A program made the position numbers and the translations under genes. A stretch of 24,000 nucleotides of DNA from Edaphocola sp. (GTDB lineage Bacteria; Bacteroidota; Bacteroidia; Chitinophagales; Chitinophagaceae): contig DATJCU010000013.1 of the NCBI GenBank assembly GCA_035497795.1, forward strand, positions 22,274 to 46,273, in the 5' to 3' direction. The notes beneath the pieces are model-generated. The model ran no database searches, had not been told where the DNA came from, and was given only the letters and a program-made list of their open reading frames with translations. Each line of letters begins with the position of its first letter. The first letter of the stretch is position 1. This document shows positions 22,334-24,000 of the stretch, piece by piece.

Positions 22334-24000
22334 TTGAGTAAAAATAAATTAATTTTTAGCTTATTAGCCATTCTTGGCTTTATTTTATTAAGTAGATTTT
22401 CTGCACTTAATAAGCCCCATCATGTCAATTATGATACTTTTCGTTATGAATACCAAGATCAGGATGGTCCCGATACTAATAAAAAGAAGGTAATAGTCAC
22501 AGAGGCCTATTTAAAACCTGGTTCACAAGAGTTCAAAGACAGTATGATACAGGCCAGAAAACAATATGTGGACAGTCTGAAAGCTGCTCAGGAAGCTCAA
22601 AGAGACAGCATAAGTACTGAAAGACAAAGAATTGCTGATAGCACTGCACAATCATTAAAAAAATACAATGACAGTCTAAATTTGGCTTTGGAAGAACAAA
22701 GAAATGAACAAAAAAGAATTTCTGATAGCATTAAAGCAATACAACAGTTAAGGAAAGACAGTTTAGAAAGGATTCAAATTTACAAAAATAGCAAGGAGTA
22801 TAAAGATAGTGTTGCAGCTGTAAAACAACATAGGATAGATAGTATTACTAAGATTAGAGAAGCACGTGCAGACTCTCTTGCGAATGAAAGAATAAGAATT
22901 AAAGACAGTTTAACTGTAGCCAGAAAACATTTTCAAGATAGTCTAGAACAAGTAAAGAAAAACAATCAGGACAGCCTCAATTTAGTAAGAAAAACAACTC
23001 AAGATAGCTTACAGCTCGTCCGAAAAAACACTCAAGATAGTTTAGAACAAGTAAGAAAACAAACACTTGACAGTCTAGAAAAGGCAAGGAAGCAAATGCA
23101 AGATAGTCTGCTTGAAGAAATAACCGCTCAAAGAGCAAGAAACCAATTCCTTAGAGACAGTCTTACTGCAGAACGGAAAGTCCGGTCAGATAGTATTGCT
23201 AAAGTGAAAGCGGAACGAGAAGCTCTTGCTAATAAAAGAATAACAGACCGAGAAAAAGAGAAAAATGCAAAGGCTCGGAAAAAAGAAAAAGACAATAGAG
23301 AGGCTTATACTAATGAGTCCATGAGAAATAAACCATGGAATTTTATTCGGCGAAGCTTTCATAACACCACCACCCGTTTTAATTATTATTTTAACGGGAA
23401 TGAACGCTTATATACGATTGAGCAAAACATGCTTAAAAATGCGAACAATCAATATGACAAATTGTTGCCTTTACTACCGTTTGACCCTGATGTAGATTCA
23501 AGTAAATATGCCTCCGATTTGGATTCTTTGATTAGAAAAGCAAGCGTAGGCATTCAAATTCATGATCCTAGAAGTAAATGGCAGGACAATTTATATTTTT
23601 TAATTGGAAAATCATATTATTATAAAGGTGATTACAAAAATGCAGCGGCAGCCTTTAAGTTCATCATATCTACCGCCGAAAGTGACAAGAAAGAAAAAGC
23701 TTTAACTAAGAAAGACAAAAAAGCATTGGAAGCGTTAGGCAGTCTTGCTGACAAAGAAAGCAAAAGTATATTTCAACATCAATCTTCAAAGAATGATGCA
23801 ACTATGTGGTTGGCAATAGTTCTAGCTCAAGACAGCTCCTATAATCTGGCTCAGACTGTATTAAATATGTTGCACAGCAGTAAACAATATGATCCTAAAT
23901 TAATGGATGGTAGGTTTGCGATGGCTCAAAGCTTTTTAGATTTAAAAGCAGATTACAAAAATGCTGCTATAGAACATTTAAAACCCTTATATCAGGATAA
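22334..24000 (+). CDS. 3'-partial ORF absent from the supplied track: signal-anchor + 11-residue-repeat region + PorW/SprE-like TPR protein (candidate T9SS component)
   Basis: My own translation is open from the stop at 22307-22309 to the window end. The first canonical start is TTG at 22334. The N-terminus SKNKLIFSLLAILGFILLSRFSA is hydrophobic. Residues 69-296 are hendecad repeats. Next comes WNFIRRSFHNTTTRFNYYFNGNE, which resembles the post-lipobox signature of PorW/SprE as I recall it. TPR-like text follows (KWQDNLYFLIGKSYYYKGDYKNAAAAFKFI; MAQSFLDLKADYKNAAIEHL). Confidence 0.75.
   Translation, partial: MSKNKLIFSLLAILGFILLSRFSALNKPHHVNYDTFRYEYQDQDGPDTNKKKVIVTEAYLKPGSQEFKDSMIQARKQYVDSLKAAQEAQRDSISTERQRIADSTAQSLKKYNDSLNLALEEQRNEQKRISDSIKAIQQLRKDSLERIQIYKNSKEYKDSVAAVKQHRIDSITKIREARADSLANERIRIKDSLTVARKHFQDSLEQVKKNNQDSLNLVRKTTQDSLQLVRKNTQDSLEQVRKQTLDSLEKARKQMQDSLLEEITAQRARNQFLRDSLTAERKVRSDSIAKVKAEREALANKRITDREKEKNAKARKKEKDNREAYTNESMRNKPWNFIRRSFHNTTTRFNYYFNGNERLYTIEQNMLKNANNQYDKLLPLLPFDPDVDSSKYASDLDSLIRKASVGIQIHDPRSKWQDNLYFLIGKSYYYKGDYKNAAAAFKFIISTAESDKKEKALTKKDKKALEALGSLADKESKSIFQHQSSKNDATMWLAIVLAQDSSYNLAQTVLNMLHSSKQYDPKLMDGRFAMAQSFLDLKADYKNAAIEHLKPLYQD
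22538..23221 (+). repeat. In-frame 33-nt (11-aa) tandem repeat region, consensus D-S-L-x-x-x-R-K-x-x-Q
   Basis: There are 19 Asp-Ser codon pairs, at 22538, 22571, 22604, 22637, 22670, 22724, 22757, 22805, 22838, 22871, 22904, 22937, 22970, 23003, 23036, 23069, 23102, 23156 and 23189. Fifteen of the 18 intervals are exactly 33 nt; the other three are 54, 48 and 54 nt. Confidence 0.9.

Noticed and set aside
22538-23221. A regular 33-nt periodicity that could superficially suggest a CRISPR-like or satellite array
   Set aside because: The units are contiguous with no spacers. They are in frame within a long ORF, conserved at the amino-acid level rather than the nucleotide level, and have no cas genes or leader nearby.
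1-24000. Search for tRNA, rRNA, CRISPR arrays, IS elements, integrases, toxin-antitoxin pairs or known defense-gene signatures
   Set aside because: I could recognise none. All intergenic regions are AT-rich with only short hairpins, and every long ORF has either a housekeeping or secretion-related assignment or no mobility-related motif.

Overview
This is an AT-rich 24-kb chromosomal segment. Hand counts on single 60-nt lines range from 12/60 to 26/60 G+C. It looks like a Bacteroidota genome: it has T9SS type A and type B C-terminal sorting domains, a PorW/SprE-like gene, TAnnTTTG -7 promoter boxes and essentially no Shine-Dalgarno sequences.

I can support 18 protein-coding genes, two of them cut by the window edges:
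- SNF2 helicase (5'-partial)
- TonB-C lipoprotein
- a kefG/kefC-type K+ efflux operon
- a PNGase F-like T9SS cargo protein
- a DUF4105/Lnb-like membrane protein
- an orphan OmpR-type response regulator followed by a small lipoprotein
- a SCO1/SenC gene followed by an NRDE/TANGO2 gene
- a 1220-aa SBBP/Calx-beta protein with a T9SS type B sorting domain, co-transcribed with a 622-aa secreted protein I cannot assign
- tmk
- an overlapping YdbS/YdbT-like bPH pair
- tsaC
- a GNAT acetyltransferase
- a 3'-partial ORF missing from the supplied track (22334 to the window end)

I also call three rho-independent terminators and several weak promoter boxes. I found no rRNA, tRNA, CRISPR array, transposase, integrase or obvious defense island.

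I do not see a clear-cut novel multigene system. The best candidates for something undescribed are (i) the untracked PorW/SprE-like gene, whose first ~300 aa are a signal anchor plus 19 strictly phased 11-residue repeats, and (ii) the 622-aa unassigned gene coupled to the type B cargo gene. All family assignments rest on motif recognition by eye; no alignment or database search was run.
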